Shown: piece by piece, positions 63,838-64,000 of the stretch
Layout of the letters: each line of letters opens with the position of its first letter
Numbering within the stretch: position 1 is the first letter of the stretch
DNA from: Candidatus Woesebacteria bacterium
GTDB lineage: Bacteria; Patescibacteriota; Microgenomatia; UBA1400; UBA12108
Reading direction: 5' to 3'
Assembly (NCBI GenBank): GCA_018060845.1
Contig: JAGOVG010000005.1
Coordinates: 2,530-66,529 of the forward strand
DNA: 64,000 nucleotides
Translations under genes and position numbers: made by a program
Notes under the pieces: generated by a model
Seen by the model: the letters and a program-made list of their open reading frames with translations, nothing else
What the model was told of the DNA's origin: nothing
Databases searched by the model: none

Positions 63838-64000
63838 AAAATATCTCCTTAAAGTTCTAACATAACTATTCTATCATGGCTACTCACCTATTATTAAGTC
63901 CCCATCTGAGGCATCGCCAAAAAGAAAATTTTATAAAACTCTTCTTGGTTGAGATCGCCCTCTCTTACTGAGTTTCTCATTTCAAGGATCAGTTTCTTTC

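Noticed and set aside
1-64000. CRISPR arrays, rRNA genes, integrases or transposases
   Set aside because: No regularly spaced short direct repeats with unique spacers, no rRNA-like conserved blocks, and no recognisable recombinase or transposase motifs were seen. The repeats present are dispersed single elements.
1-64000. Alternative genetic code (UGA recoding, as in some CPR lineages)
   Set aside because: TGA terminates well-supported genes (e.g. secE with an ATGA overlap into the next gene). Conserved proteins read through without in-frame TGA. The standard code fits.

Overview
This 64 kb window looks like the chromosome of a small-genome bacterium. The many short hypothetical proteins, the O-antigen-ligase+TPR and SLH/dockerin surface proteins, and two MreB paralogs suggest a CPR/Patescibacteria-like (e.g. 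Saccharibacteria-type) organism, but that assignment is only an inference. Stops look standard (TGA is used as a stop, ATGA overlaps occur).

Recognisable housekeeping genes are class II ribonucleotide reductase, topA, pth, dprA, efp plus an EpmA-like ligase, two mreB paralogs, def and fmt (separated from each other), rpmB, rpmG, an M50 protease, PBP2, an SDR oxidoreductase, galU, frr, dus, GT26 and GT4 glycosyltransferases, and ndk. The secE-nusG-rplK-rplA-rplJ-rplL cluster is present but interrupted three times by hypothetical genes. There are five tRNAs (Trp-CCA, Thr-TGT, Tyr-GTA, Thr-GGT, Arg-CCT) plus one tRNA 5' fragment. No rRNA, CRISPR array, integrase or transposase was seen.

Features beyond ordinary annotation:
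- A ~100-nt structured repeat family in four intergenic copies, with compensatory (covarying) base changes in an inner hairpin and an outer stem.
- A 36-38 nt hairpin repeat in three copies, one of them in-frame inside fmt.
- Two genes whose last ~16-20 codons are duplicated downstream with mostly synonymous divergence, as if 3' cassettes had been displaced.
- A GIY-YIG gene plus tRNA-Arg bracketed by 35-bp direct repeats carrying a 22-bp palindrome.
- Three paralogous standalone C-terminal OmpR-type winged-helix (wHTH) proteins, each divergently paired with an unrelated small gene across a conserved leader sequence.
- A tRNA locus containing a duplicated promoter-like repeat.

Coordinates of small features are hand-derived and may be off by a few nt.
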